The position numbers and the translations under genes were made by a program. This document shows positions 38,292-49,519 of a DNA stretch of 61,761 nucleotides, piece by piece; within the stretch, counting starts at the first letter, position 1, and the number at the start of each line of letters is the position of its first letter. The stretch lies in IMG/VR virus record IMGVR_UViG_3300028581_000044, positions 1 to 61,761 of that record; one strand, 5' to 3'. Origin of the DNA: a virus. Its lineage: Duplodnaviria; Caudoviricetes. The notes below the pieces were generated by a model, which had not been told where the DNA came from, did not search any database, and was given only the letters and a program-made list of their open reading frames with translations.

Positions 38292-39761
38292 TTATGATTT
38301 ATCTTCAGATCTGAATATAGCGACTTTTTCCTCACCACAATAAACTTGCATCAACCATCTGAAATGTGCTCTTTGAATATTATAACCACCAGCTATAATT
38401 GTTTCGGTAAAAATTTTAAATTCTATTCCTTTTGAATCATATGCTGTCATAATAAATTCAACTCCATTACGACCTCTACTAGGATGTTCTAATTTAAAAT
38501 CAACCAAAGTTGGATATTTAGTCCTTAATCTATAAAATAAAGAATCCACTTTTCCATATTCCTTCATTTGATAAGCATCTTGATAGATAGTAATTATCTG
38601 TTGTAATTTCGTTTGATCTGTTTTCGGAATTCTCAACAATTGACCTAATTCAGATTCCCAAAAAGCACCCAATGAATATTTATCTGTTGGTTTTCTATTA
38701 TAATCTAAAATAGGTTTACCATATTTTTTTTCAAATTCAATCGCAGTTAAAGTTTCACGATCATTGTGTAATCTTTCATAAGTTTCATGATATGATTTGT
38801 CAATTTTTTTCTTTTGTTCATCAATGATTGGTTGTATTCCTTCTTTAAATTTCTGAATAATTGGTGCGAGAACTTTATCAAAAGATATATTTTCAATACC
38901 ACCTTTTTCATCACCCTTTGCAACAAACTCTTTTATTTTTTTAATATAATCAGGAAATCCTTCTTCAATTTCTTGTTTTTGTTCATCAGAAAGAAAATTC
39001 CAATTATCAACAATATATTTGAAAGAATTAATAGTGGCGTAACTTACACCATATGTATCCCTCGTCATTCTTGTTTTTAAAGAATATGCGTTTATTTTTT
39101 TTGTTATAAATTCTGTAAGAATTTTTTTCGTAATATTTAAAATTCTTGTTATTTCTTCCGGTGTTTTTTCTATTCTTTTTACGATAGGTTTTGCATTTGC
39201 CTTTTTTAACATTCCAACAGGGACATTCACACCAACCGAATCAAAAATTTCCGTTAATTTTTCAACTGTAATTTCACCAGATTTCAACATATTAAGATAT
39301 GTATCATCTTCGATTGCCCTTCTTAAAGATCTTTTATTACTTTTTGTTTCATCACTTTCAATTTTACGAAGATTCTTTTCACCGAAAACCAATTTGAAAA
39401 AGTCAACATAATCTTTATAAGTATCTGTAACTTCCTTTGGTGCTGGTTTATGATCTAGCCATTGTTTTTCAGAATATTCTTTCTCCCAAGATTCATCAAA
39501 TGTTTTTTCCCACGATCTATCACCTTCTTTCTTTTCCCATCTTTTCTTAGCTTCATCCATATATTCATCCCAAGTTAGGAAATTAATACCACTATAATCC
39601 AACCAAGAATGTTTCAGATAAGCGGTATTCTTTGAAATAAATTTCCAGAAAGTTTTTAAAACGGGTGATACTTTTTCTTGATATTCTGATAAAGTCATTA
39701 AATAGGCTGGTTTTAAAGATGAATCAATTAATTCCTCAAAAATTTTAAAAGTGATAATCAT
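38292..39761 (-). CDS. large hypothetical protein with CTS-like N-terminus
   Basis: Likely start MIITFKIFEE. Confidence 0.7.
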   Translation of the reverse strand: MIITFKIFEELIDSSLKPAYLMTLSEYQEKVSPVLKTFWKFISKNTAYLKHSWLDYSGINFLTWDEYMDEAKKRWEKKEGDRSWEKTFDESWEKEYSEKQWLDHKPAPKEVTDTYKDYVDFFKLVFGEKNLRKIESDETKSNKRSLRRAIEDDTYLNMLKSGEITVEKLTEIFDSVGVNVPVGMLKKANAKPIVKRIEKTPEEITRILNITKKILTEFITKKINAYSLKTRMTRDTYGVSYATINSFKYIVDNWNFLSDEQKQEIEEGFPDYIKKIKEFVAKGDEKGGIENISFDKVLAPIIQKFKEGIQPIIDEQKKKIDKSYHETYERLHNDRETLTAIEFEKKYGKPILDYNRKPTDKYSLGAFWESELGQLLRIPKTDQTKLQQIITIYQDAYQMKEYGKVDSLFYRLRTKYPTLVDFKLEHPSRGRNGVEFIMTAYDSKGIEFKIFTETIIAGGYNIQRAHFRWLMQVYCGEEKVAIFRSEDKS

Positions 39762-39848
39762 ATTCGAATCTTTTTTCATATATATATTAATTTAGAAGTA
39801 CAAAATTATAATAAAATATCGAAACAAAAAAATTAATATATACATTTT

Positions 39849-40886
39849 ATGATAATAACAGATAGATTAGATATTAAAGTTGGTCCTTCAACTGTCGAAC
39901 ATTATAAAAATTTGGGTTATATTTTCAAAATGTTAAAAACAACTATCAATATACCAGTTGAACATTTAGTTGGCTTCAGTAAATATTTAATTGATGTTAA
40001 ATGTGATATATGTGGAAATGAAAGAAAATTAAAATATAAAATTTATTATAAAAATACAAAAAAATTAACAGATAAATATTATTGTCAAAAATGTAAAAAA
40101 ATAAAAACGAATCAAACAATATTAGATAAATTTGATGTTGATAGTATTTTTCATCATAAAGAAACCAAAAATAAAATAAAAGAAACTATTATTAAAAAAT
40201 ATGGTGTTGAAAACGTATTTAAAAATAATGATATTAAAAATAAAATAAAAAATACCAATTTAAAAAAATATAATTGTGAAAATCCATTTTCAAATGAAGA
40301 AATAAAAAATAAAATAAAAAATACCAATTTAAAAAAATATGGTGTTATTTGTGTTTTACAAAATAATGAAATAAATAAAAAAACAAAACAAACCAATTTG
40401 AAAAAATATGGATTTGAAAATTGTCATCAATCTGAAATTATTAAAGAAAAAACTAAAAAAACAAATTTAAAAAAATATGGAGTTAATCATTCTTTACAAT
40501 GTGAAGAAATAAAAAATAAAATAAAAATTACAAGAATAAACAATAATAATCAAATTCCAGATGATAAATTATCAGATTTTATGAAATATAAAAATAATGT
40601 TTTAAGAGAAACATATAAAAATAAAAAAATGTTATTTGAAAAATGGGATGGGTTTGATTATTATGACAATGAATATATTAAAGATAATTTAAATTTAAAT
40701 AAATATCACCGAAATTATCCGACAATAGATCATAAAGATTCTATTTTTTATGGATTTATAAATAACATTTCACCAATTGAAATAAGTAATTTATCAAATT
40801 TGTGTTTTACGAAAAGATTCACAAACGGTTCGAAAAACAGAAAAACGGAAAATCAATATAAAATCTTTATTAATGAAAATTTATAG
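39849..40886 (+). CDS. putative HNH homing endonuclease (paralog of 27345)
   Basis: CDICG..CQKC; KxTNLKKYG repeats; PTIDHKDSIFYGFIN..NLCFTKR.TN. Confidence 0.7.
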   Translation: MIITDRLDIKVGPSTVEHYKNLGYIFKMLKTTINIPVEHLVGFSKYLIDVKCDICGNERKLKYKIYYKNTKKLTDKYYCQKCKKIKTNQTILDKFDVDSIFHHKETKNKIKETIIKKYGVENVFKNNDIKNKIKNTNLKKYNCENPFSNEEIKNKIKNTNLKKYGVICVLQNNEINKKTKQTNLKKYGFENCHQSEIIKEKTKKTNLKKYGVNHSLQCEEIKNKIKITRINNNNQIPDDKLSDFMKYKNNVLRETYKNKKMLFEKWDGFDYYDNEYIKDNLNLNKYHRNYPTIDHKDSIFYGFINNISPIEISNLSNLCFTKRFTNGSKNRKTENQYKIFINENL

Positions 40887-41315
40887 TTGAAAAATTTTAA
40901 GTGTTTCTTCGATTTCAGTATTAACAAGTTCCGAAATTTTATTGAAAATTTCAGATGTTAAAGGTTTATAATGAGTTTGAAATTGATCCACACGAATATT
41001 ATCATTAAATAAAAGATAAATCAAAACTCTATCATTGTTCAAAATGATTTCAATATGAGTAGTTTTACATGAATTGTATTGTCCAAAATTATCACAACTT
41101 GTAGGTTTGATTAAATGGATGGAATCTTGATACCCATTCCATGTTGTTTTATCACCATAAAATAATTTATCTTTGATGCTTTCAAATACAACTTTCTGTT
41201 TTTCAGTAAATTCGGAATTAATTTGTTCCAAAATTTCCTTTTCCCTTTTTAAAAGAGGTTCGGTAATATTCTTAATTTCCAACCTCAATTTAATTAAATC
41301 ATCATTTAAGTTCAT
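40881..41315 (-). CDS. hypothetical protein
   Basis: ORF downstream of a TAATTTTG promoter (41342-41335). Confidence 0.65.
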   Translation of the reverse strand: MNLNDDLIKLRLEIKNITEPLLKREKEILEQINSEFTEKQKVVFESIKDKLFYGDKTTWNGYQDSIHLIKPTSCDNFGQYNSCKTTHIEIILNNDRVLIYLLFNDNIRVDQFQTHYKPLTSEIFNKISELVNTEIEETLKIFQL

Positions 41316-41395
41316 ATAATGGTTTTTAACATTACAAAATTACAATTATTATTTGATTAAAAAAAATAATATATAACAAGAAATACTTTTTCAAT

Positions 41396-41629
41396 ATGGA
41401 AGAAATTAAAAAATATAGTGAATTCGTAAATGAAGGAAATTCTGAAAGAGTAATTGCTCACGAAATCGGTGATAATCTTAAAGAAATTTCAGACAAATTG
41501 AGTTTTAATTTTCATGTACCATCAGAAGTATTAGACAAATTAGGTCTTATTATGGATTTATTTATTATGTATCAAAAAGGAGAAAGAACAATTTCAGATT
41601 CTAAATTAATGGAATTAACCAAAAAATAA
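41396..41629 (+). CDS. hypothetical protein with CTS-like N-terminus
   Basis: MEEIKKYSEFVNEG. Confidence 0.65.
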   Translation: MEEIKKYSEFVNEGNSERVIAHEIGDNLKEISDKLSFNFHVPSEVLDKLGLIMDLFIMYQKGERTISDSKLMELTKK

Positions 41630-41638
41630 AAGAAAATT

Positions 41639-41878
41639 ATGAAACACTTAAAAGATTTTAGATTGAATGAAGATAGTTCATATAAAGATTTAGATATGAC
41701 AAGAGATCAACATTTGATGTCAATTCGTAGTAATGGTCAAGAACTTGGACACATTGAAATTCAAGATGGTAAAATTGTAACCAATGGATATATTGGTGAT
41801 AATACTTATGAAAATTTTGTAGATCTAATTTATGGATTACAAGGATTTGGAATCAAAATAGATGATTTCTATTTTTAA
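41639..41878 (+). CDS. hypothetical protein with CTS-like N-terminus
   Basis: MKHLKDFRLNED. Confidence 0.65.
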   Translation: MKHLKDFRLNEDSSYKDLDMTRDQHLMSIRSNGQELGHIEIQDGKIVTNGYIGDNTYENFVDLIYGLQGFGIKIDDFYF

Positions 41879-41896
41879 TAAAAAACAAAAAAACTT

Positions 41897-42469
41897 ATGA
41901 AACACTTAAAAAATTTTAAATTATTTGAAACCGGTGAACCTGATATAGATTATACCGATGTAAACATGGACAAAATAGTTGAATTACTCGAAGAAGAAGG
42001 TTATGATGCTTCTTATAGAGAATTTGATAAGTATCAAGGTGTTTATTTAACTATTAGAAAAAATGGTAAATCTTCAAAACTTTGGTGGACAGACACTCAT
42101 CATATTGATGAATGGGGAGATGGTGCAATTAGTTCCGTTTTAATAGATGAAGATGGTGCTGAATGGTCAGGTGGTGCTGGTGATTACTGGAATTTACCAA
42201 AAGATCATGTTTTCCAAGGTTCCAAATTAATTTATAAAATGAGAAAAGATGGTAAAGTGGAAACGAAAGAAATTAATGATCCAAAAGTATCAGATTTTCC
42301 AGAAATGATCGGAACAAAGGGAACTTTCACACCAGAAAAAGAAGAAATGGAATTCACTTTGACACCAGAAAAAGAAGAAATGGAATTCACTTTGGATGGT
42401 TCAGAAGATACAATTGCAACTTATGTAGTTGGGTCAAATGATATAAGTGATATACTTTCAATAATTTAA
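41897..42469 (+). CDS. hypothetical protein with CTS-like N-terminus
   Basis: MKHLKNFKLFET; contains a 33-bp duplication. Confidence 0.7.
   Translation: MKHLKNFKLFETGEPDIDYTDVNMDKIVELLEEEGYDASYREFDKYQGVYLTIRKNGKSSKLWWTDTHHIDEWGDGAISSVLIDEDGAEWSGGAGDYWNLPKDHVFQGSKLIYKMRKDGKVETKEINDPKVSDFPEMIGTKGTFTPEKEEMEFTLTPEKEEMEFTLDGSEDTIATYVVGSNDISDILSII
42329..42394. repeat. 33-bp in-frame perfect tandem duplication
   Basis: ACACCAGAAAAAGAAGAAATGGAATTCACTTTG x2 (TPEKEEMEFTL). Confidence 0.9.
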
Positions 42470-42479
42470 TAATTTAATT

Positions 42480-42977
42480 ATGAAATATTTAAAAACATTT
42501 AATGAAATGGCAGATTATCACAATTCAAGTGGTGATAAGTTTTGGGGAAACACAGCTGCTGGTGTTTTACCAATTTGTACAAAAACCGGTAGAATCCTTT
42601 TACCTTTTCGTTCAAGATATGTTAATGAACCGAATACATATGGTGTTTGGAGTGGAAAATTAGATGAAGAAGAAGGCCAAAGTGAGAACGAAATAGAAGA
42701 TGTTGTAAAAAGAGAATTTATGGAAGAAGGTGGATTCGATGGTGATATTAATTTGATTCCCGCCTTTATTTTTAGTACACCAAACAAATCATTCACATAT
42801 TATAATTTTATTGGATTATTGGATCACGAACACAAACCAACATTAGATTGGGAAACAGAATCATTCAAATGGGTTACATTTAATGAATTAATGAAAATAA
42901 AACCTAAACATTTTGGTTTACAAGGATTATTAAATGATCCAAAATCATTAGAAATAATTAAAAAATATTCAAAATGA
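42480..42977 (+). CDS. Nudix hydrolase with CTS-like N-terminus
   Basis: MKYLKTFNE; SGKLD...VKREFMEEGG; WETE..KW. Confidence 0.8.
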   Translation: MKYLKTFNEMADYHNSSGDKFWGNTAAGVLPICTKTGRILLPFRSRYVNEPNTYGVWSGKLDEEEGQSENEIEDVVKREFMEEGGFDGDINLIPAFIFSTPNKSFTYYNFIGLLDHEHKPTLDWETESFKWVTFNELMKIKPKHFGLQGLLNDPKSLEIIKKYSK

Positions 42978-43507
42978 TTACAGATTTCAAAATATTTGAA
43001 TCTATTTGGGATATACCAGATGAAATGGTGGATACACCAGAAGGATTTAAAAGATGTCTTTCTGCTCATATTTCAGGTGTTTTACCAATTAAAGATTCTT
43101 ATAAATTAGTTGAATCAGCACAATTTTTTTTCAAATGGAAAATACCAAATTCATTAAAATATGAAGGTTCTGTCTATAGAGTAATGCAATTTCATTTAAA
43201 AGAAAGATATAATGAAATATTAAAAAATGGAATAAAACCATTTGAACTTCAAAGATATTGGTCATGTGCTAAAGATTTAAAATCAATAGAAAAGGTAAAA
43301 TATTTCACAACTCAAAAGAATTTCAAATACTTTATAACATTTAAATTTGATGTAACTTATAATGATGTTTTATTTGATATGAATAAAATGAATGAACATT
43401 TAGATTTACCAGATTCTTATTATGAAGAAAATGAAATAATTGTATTAACTTCCAGTTTACCAGAAATAACATCAAAAAACATCGTAGATCACGGAAAATT
43501 AAAATAA
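42974..43507 (+). CDS. putative R-S-E-type ADP-ribosyltransferase-fold protein
   Basis: VYRVM...YWSCAKD...EENEIIV; N-terminus MITDFKIFES. Confidence 0.5.
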   Translation: MITDFKIFESIWDIPDEMVDTPEGFKRCLSAHISGVLPIKDSYKLVESAQFFFKWKIPNSLKYEGSVYRVMQFHLKERYNEILKNGIKPFELQRYWSCAKDLKSIEKVKYFTTQKNFKYFITFKFDVTYNDVLFDMNKMNEHLDLPDSYYEENEIIVLTSSLPEITSKNIVDHGKLK

Positions 43508-43557
43508 AGTAAAACCTTACCATCTTTTATAAATATAATAAAGAAACATTATATTTT

Positions 43558-44313
43558 ATGAATAATTTATTAACAAATCATTTCACAGAAGATGAATTTA
43601 TTGAATTAAGAGATGGTAAAACTATAATTACACAATCTTATTTAGATGGTGGTAGCTATACTAAAAATAGAATAGTTAAATCACTTGGAACAAAAAAAAT
43701 ATATCAATCAACTCAATATTTACCAAAATTAAAAAAATATCCGGGTGGTCCTTTAATTGAACAAAATCCAGATATCAATAATAATACAGTAGAAGATACA
43801 ATCACTCTTTATCACATAAATCTTCGTGATACAAAAGAACATTTGTGGATTATAGACCACAAAATAAATAAAAGTGGATGGTGTGGAACTCATGGTATTT
43901 CCGAATTTAGAAATATAAATGGTTGGCCAGTATTAAATCATCTAGGTGAAGTCGAAACTTATATTGGTGTTGGTGATAAATTTGGTGAATTAAAACCATT
44001 TTCAAAATCAATAGAAAATTCAAAATATATTGGAAAAGTAGAAGTTGGTGATACTTTTATTCACATAAATAATAGTCATTGTCTTTATGTAACAAAAGAT
44101 AATGGTATTACAATGACTTGTGAGAAATGGGGATTTAATAAAGGTAGAAGTGGTATAAATTCTATTTTTTATACTGGTGAAGGTCCAGTTAATTATTATG
44201 GTGATATAAGAATGACAGAAGATGATATTTTAAACATGTATCATTTTTTAAAGAAATCAAAAATTGGTAGTGATAATCTTGAAGATTATTTTGGTTATCA
44301 TGGTGTGAAATAA
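43558..44313 (+). CDS. hypothetical protein
   Basis: 251-aa ORF. Confidence 0.7.
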   Translation: MNNLLTNHFTEDEFIELRDGKTIITQSYLDGGSYTKNRIVKSLGTKKIYQSTQYLPKLKKYPGGPLIEQNPDINNNTVEDTITLYHINLRDTKEHLWIIDHKINKSGWCGTHGISEFRNINGWPVLNHLGEVETYIGVGDKFGELKPFSKSIENSKYIGKVEVGDTFIHINNSHCLYVTKDNGITMTCEKWGFNKGRSGINSIFYTGEGPVNYYGDIRMTEDDILNMYHFLKKSKIGSDNLEDYFGYHGVK

Positions 44314-44327
44314 AAGAATATAAAAAT

Positions 44328-44573
44328 ATGCCTTGTCCACCATATAAGGAGATACCTTATATTGAAGCGGAAATGGAAAAATTGGATTTCCATAATTTAG
44401 TTGACGATAAATATAAATTATTAGTCAGAGATGAATTATTGAAATCCAATAAATTTCTTGATTATATAACCACAGATAGACTTATTACAGATACCGAAGG
44501 ATTAACAAGTGCAACGGATGAAGATATAATAAACGCAAAGAGAAAGGTAATTTTAAACAATATTTTTGATTAA
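44328..44573 (+). CDS. hypothetical protein
   Basis: C-terminal KRKVILNNIFD. Confidence 0.6.
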   Translation: MPCPPYKEIPYIEAEMEKLDFHNLVDDKYKLLVRDELLKSNKFLDYITTDRLITDTEGLTSATDEDIINAKRKVILNNIFD

Positions 44574-44604
44574 TTTATTAGACATTTAAAAAATTAAAAT
44601 ATAT

Positions 44605-44865
44605 ATGGTTGTTGATGATACACTTGTTTTTGAATCTTTGGGAATTTATTTGAATATAAATCCAGATGATGTATATAAAACTCTTTTGGAATATTTTAAT
44701 ACAAAATTTTCAGGTTCAAATATTAAAGTTATTAGTTTTAATAATGAATCGGTTAAAATAGAATCAAATAAAAATGACATGTTTATATTTTATGATGATA
44801 TATATCCATACATCATAAATGGTAAAAGGAAAAAAATATTAGAAGAAATTTTAAATGATAATTAA
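44605..44865 (+). CDS. hypothetical protein
   Basis: C-terminal KRKKILEEILND. Confidence 0.6.
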   Translation: MVVDDTLVFESLGIYLNINPDDVYKTLLEYFNTKFSGSNIKVISFNNESVKIESNKNDMFIFYDDIYPYIINGKRKKILEEILNDN

Positions 44866-46564
44866 TAGTATAGGATTAAAGAATTTTAAAAGTTACGGTA
44901 ATAATATGCAAAAAGTTCACTTTGAAGAAGGAGGTGAACTTATTTTGTTATCCGGTGACAATGAAGTTGGTAAGAGTTCTCTAATCGAATCTATTGATTT
45001 TACTCTTTATGGTATTGTTAGAGGTAAGAATACTAAAAAAATTGCAATTACAAAACTCCCCAATAGACAAAATAAATGTTTAGAAACAGAAATTGATTTT
45101 ATTAATGATATCGGTGATAAAATAATTATTCGTAGAAAAGTAGAACCAACAAGTATTGAAGTTTTAAAAAATGGTAAATCCTTTTTCAAGGAATTCAAAA
45201 ATATGACAACCGAAGATAGAGAAGAATTCATCGGTTTGGAATACAACACATATAAATCTTTAATATCACTTAATTTGAGTGACTTCGCAAATTTCGTCAA
45301 TTTAGATTCCGAAACAAAAAGAAAATTACTCAATAAATTATTCGACATCAAAGAGATAGATGAATATTTCATGATTTCTAAGGATATTCTTAAAAATTCT
45401 TACAAAGAAAAAGAAAGAATTGAAACCATAAAATTGACAAAATTAAGTACAATTGAAACATATAAAGAAAATATAGAAAACATTAAAATACAAACAGGTA
45501 ATTATTCCAATAAGGAAGATATAAAGAAAGAAATGTTATCTCATAGAAATACATTTACAACTTTAAAACATGAGATAGAAGATTTATCGATTACAATTAG
45601 TCAATTATCAAAAGAGATTAAATCAAAAAATGAAATATTAGAAGGTAAGAAAAGTAAAATTCTTCAAGATGATTTCATTTTAAAACATATTATTGAAAAA
45701 ATAAAAATATTCAAAAGTGGTATTTGTCCAACTTGTGATACGATTTTAGAGAAAAATCATACAAAACATAAATTAGAAGATCTAGAAAAAGAAGAGTCGG
45801 ATAAAAGAGAAGAAATCAATACTTTGAAATCGGAAGGTTCCATATTACTTAATGAAATAAAAGATATAGTTTCAGAAAAAAACGGTTTATTTACAGAATT
45901 AAATAATAAAAATTACGAATTCAATAATATATCCGATATCTTAAAAGATTTAAAGAAACAATATGAAACAGAAGATGTTTCAATAAATGAAATAAACAAA
46001 AATATTCAAAAACTTGAAGATGAAAATAAGGAATTGGATGAAAAATTAAATATCATATTACAAAAGATTAAAAGATATACGGGAATAGTTGATTATTTAT
46101 CCGAAAAAGGAATAAGAAAAAATATTATTGGAACTATAATAGAACCAGTGAACAAAAATTTGGAATTTTTTTTAAAAGAAATGGAATCCCGTCATACTGT
46201 TAAATTAAATGATGAATTTGATGCTTTGATAAAAGATAGATATATGGAAGAGGATCCAGAAACTTTATCTATTGGTGGTGCACGTAAAATAAACATTGCT
46301 ATTGCTTTATCATACATTAAAACTATTCTAGATACAAATAGAAAAATTAACATATTATTTTTGGATGATGTATTTTCAGCAGTTAGTCCAAGTAATGTTA
46401 ATATAATGATTAGAGTTTTGAAGGAATTTGCTAGAGATAATAATATAAATATTGTAATTGTTCATCAAGGAAGTTTCGATACGAATTTATTTGATAGGGT
46501 TATAAATATAGAAATGAAATATTTTTCAACAATTATAGATACAAAAATAAACCATAACAACTAA
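44855..46564 (+). CDS. SbcC/Rad50/T4 gp46-like recombination ATPase
   Basis: NFKSYG, GDNEVGKS, CPTC zinc hook, LSIGG, LFLDD. Confidence 0.9.
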   Translation: MIINSIGLKNFKSYGNNMQKVHFEEGGELILLSGDNEVGKSSLIESIDFTLYGIVRGKNTKKIAITKLPNRQNKCLETEIDFINDIGDKIIIRRKVEPTSIEVLKNGKSFFKEFKNMTTEDREEFIGLEYNTYKSLISLNLSDFANFVNLDSETKRKLLNKLFDIKEIDEYFMISKDILKNSYKEKERIETIKLTKLSTIETYKENIENIKIQTGNYSNKEDIKKEMLSHRNTFTTLKHEIEDLSITISQLSKEIKSKNEILEGKKSKILQDDFILKHIIEKIKIFKSGICPTCDTILEKNHTKHKLEDLEKEESDKREEINTLKSEGSILLNEIKDIVSEKNGLFTELNNKNYEFNNISDILKDLKKQYETEDVSINEINKNIQKLEDENKELDEKLNIILQKIKRYTGIVDYLSEKGIRKNIIGTIIEPVNKNLEFFLKEMESRHTVKLNDEFDALIKDRYMEEDPETLSIGGARKINIAIALSYIKTILDTNRKINILFLDDVFSAVSPSNVNIMIRVLKEFARDNNINIVIVHQGSFDTNLFDRVINIEMKYFSTIIDTKINHNN

Positions 46565-46577
46565 AATACAAAAAATT

Positions 46578-46955
46578 ATGAAAAGATTAATAACAACACA
46601 AAAAGTAAAAGCTGTAGAAATTGAAATAAATTTACCATATTTTTATATGGGTGATTTCGGTGAAAGTTTGGTTGAATTTGGTATGATCACCGAAAATAAA
46701 CATATCCAAATTACAAGAACTACACCAGATGAATTTATAGATGAATTCTTTGATATCGATAATGGAAAACCAGATTTAATAAACGATAGTTATTCTATAA
46801 AAGTTTTAGAATTTACATCACTTGAAAATTCAGGAACTGGAAATTTTTTTATACAAAAATATGAACAAATTTCAGAAGAACATTTCAATCAAATCGTTGA
46901 TAAAATGTATGAATTTTTAAATAATAAAGTAAAGGAAATTTGTCATGAAAATTAA
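46578..46955 (+). CDS. hypothetical protein
   Basis: Operon-packed ORF. Confidence 0.65.
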   Translation: MKRLITTQKVKAVEIEINLPYFYMGDFGESLVEFGMITENKHIQITRTTPDEFIDEFFDIDNGKPDLINDSYSIKVLEFTSLENSGTGNFFIQKYEQISEEHFNQIVDKMYEFLNNKVKEICHEN

Positions 46956-47244
46956 TAATTTATTATTTGGAAACCAAATTGAAAATTTTGAAAAAGATTA
47001 TAAAAGATATCTTGATCATTATGAAGAATTATCCAAAGATTTATCAAATGGTTTTGCATGTTATAATATTTTAAACCTAAAAGGTATTAAAGATTTCAAA
47101 GGTTATTGGGTTGTTGAATTGTTTGATAACTATGGTGAATTAAGAAACGTAAGTGAAAACGATCTACAAAATTTCGATTTTGTAACATTTGATAAAATAA
47201 GTAAAGAAAGTAAAGAATCAATTTGCTTTGTTAAAAAAAAATAA
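46945..47244 (+). CDS. hypothetical protein
   Basis: Operon-packed ORF. Confidence 0.6.
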   Translation: MKINNLLFGNQIENFEKDYKRYLDHYEELSKDLSNGFACYNILNLKGIKDFKGYWVVELFDNYGELRNVSENDLQNFDFVTFDKISKESKESICFVKKK

Positions 47245-47247
47245 TAA

Positions 47248-48861
<1,614 letters not shown>

Positions 48862-48870
48862 ATATAGCTT

Positions 48871-48907
48871 AAATTTTTTTATTTCATCTATTTGTTGTAA
48901 TTTTGTA
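48871..48907 (+). promoter_or_regulatory. Bacteroidota-type promoter
   Basis: AAATTTTTTTATTTCA...TAATTTTGTA. Confidence 0.55.
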
Positions 48908-48930
48908 TTTGAATAAAAATACATCTTACA

Positions 48931-49164
48931 ATGATACATTCTTTTGATATAATAAAAAGGTTGTCAAATTCCGATCTTAAAGAAGTTATGTTTGAACTTC
49001 GAAAAATGTCTAAAATGGTTGCACCTGCCAATCACAAACAATCTAAAATATTAAAATCTTTATTTGATTCAGAAACAACCAATTGTAATTTTTGGTTGGA
49101 TCGTTATCATAATATTGATACGAATCTTCGTATTGAAATTGTAAATCGTTTTTTAAATCTTTAA
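48931..49164 (+). CDS. hypothetical protein
   Basis: ORF after the promoter. Confidence 0.6.
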   Translation: MIHSFDIIKRLSNSDLKEVMFELRKMSKMVAPANHKQSKILKSLFDSETTNCNFWLDRYHNIDTNLRIEIVNRFLNL

Positions 49165-49179
49165 GAATAAATCCGTAAT

Positions 49180-49470
49180 ATGATAGTCTATTTTTCTATT
49201 TGGATGATAATAACAACTATTTGGTCTATCTTTAAGAATGAATCAAAGGGGTTACTGGTATTAAGATATGTCGTTACTTTCATATTTTTCTGCCTTTTCA
49301 CTCATTATTTAAACCCAAATGATCACAAAGATGGGATTATTTTCTTTTCTTTTTGGTTAGCTATTTCAACAACTTGGACTGTGATAACGAAACAAAGTAA
49401 AGATGTTGCAAGACATTTTTATATAATCACTTTCATTATTTTCTGTCTTATACATTATTTAATAGCGTAA
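49180..49470 (+). CDS. small 4-TM membrane protein with internal duplication
   Basis: Two similar halves FS(I/F)W..I.T.W...K.SK......TFI.FCL..H. Confidence 0.7.
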   Translation: MIVYFSIWMIITTIWSIFKNESKGLLVLRYVVTFIFFCLFTHYLNPNDHKDGIIFFSFWLAISTTWTVITKQSKDVARHFYIITFIIFCLIHYLIA

Positions 49471-49505
49471 ATTTTTTTATTTCATATAAATTAATTACTT
49501 TTGTA
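49469..49505 (+). promoter_or_regulatory. Bacteroidota-type promoter
   Basis: AAATTTTTTTATTTCA...TACTTTTGTA. Confidence 0.55.
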
Positions 49506-49519
49506 AAACTTTTAAAAAT

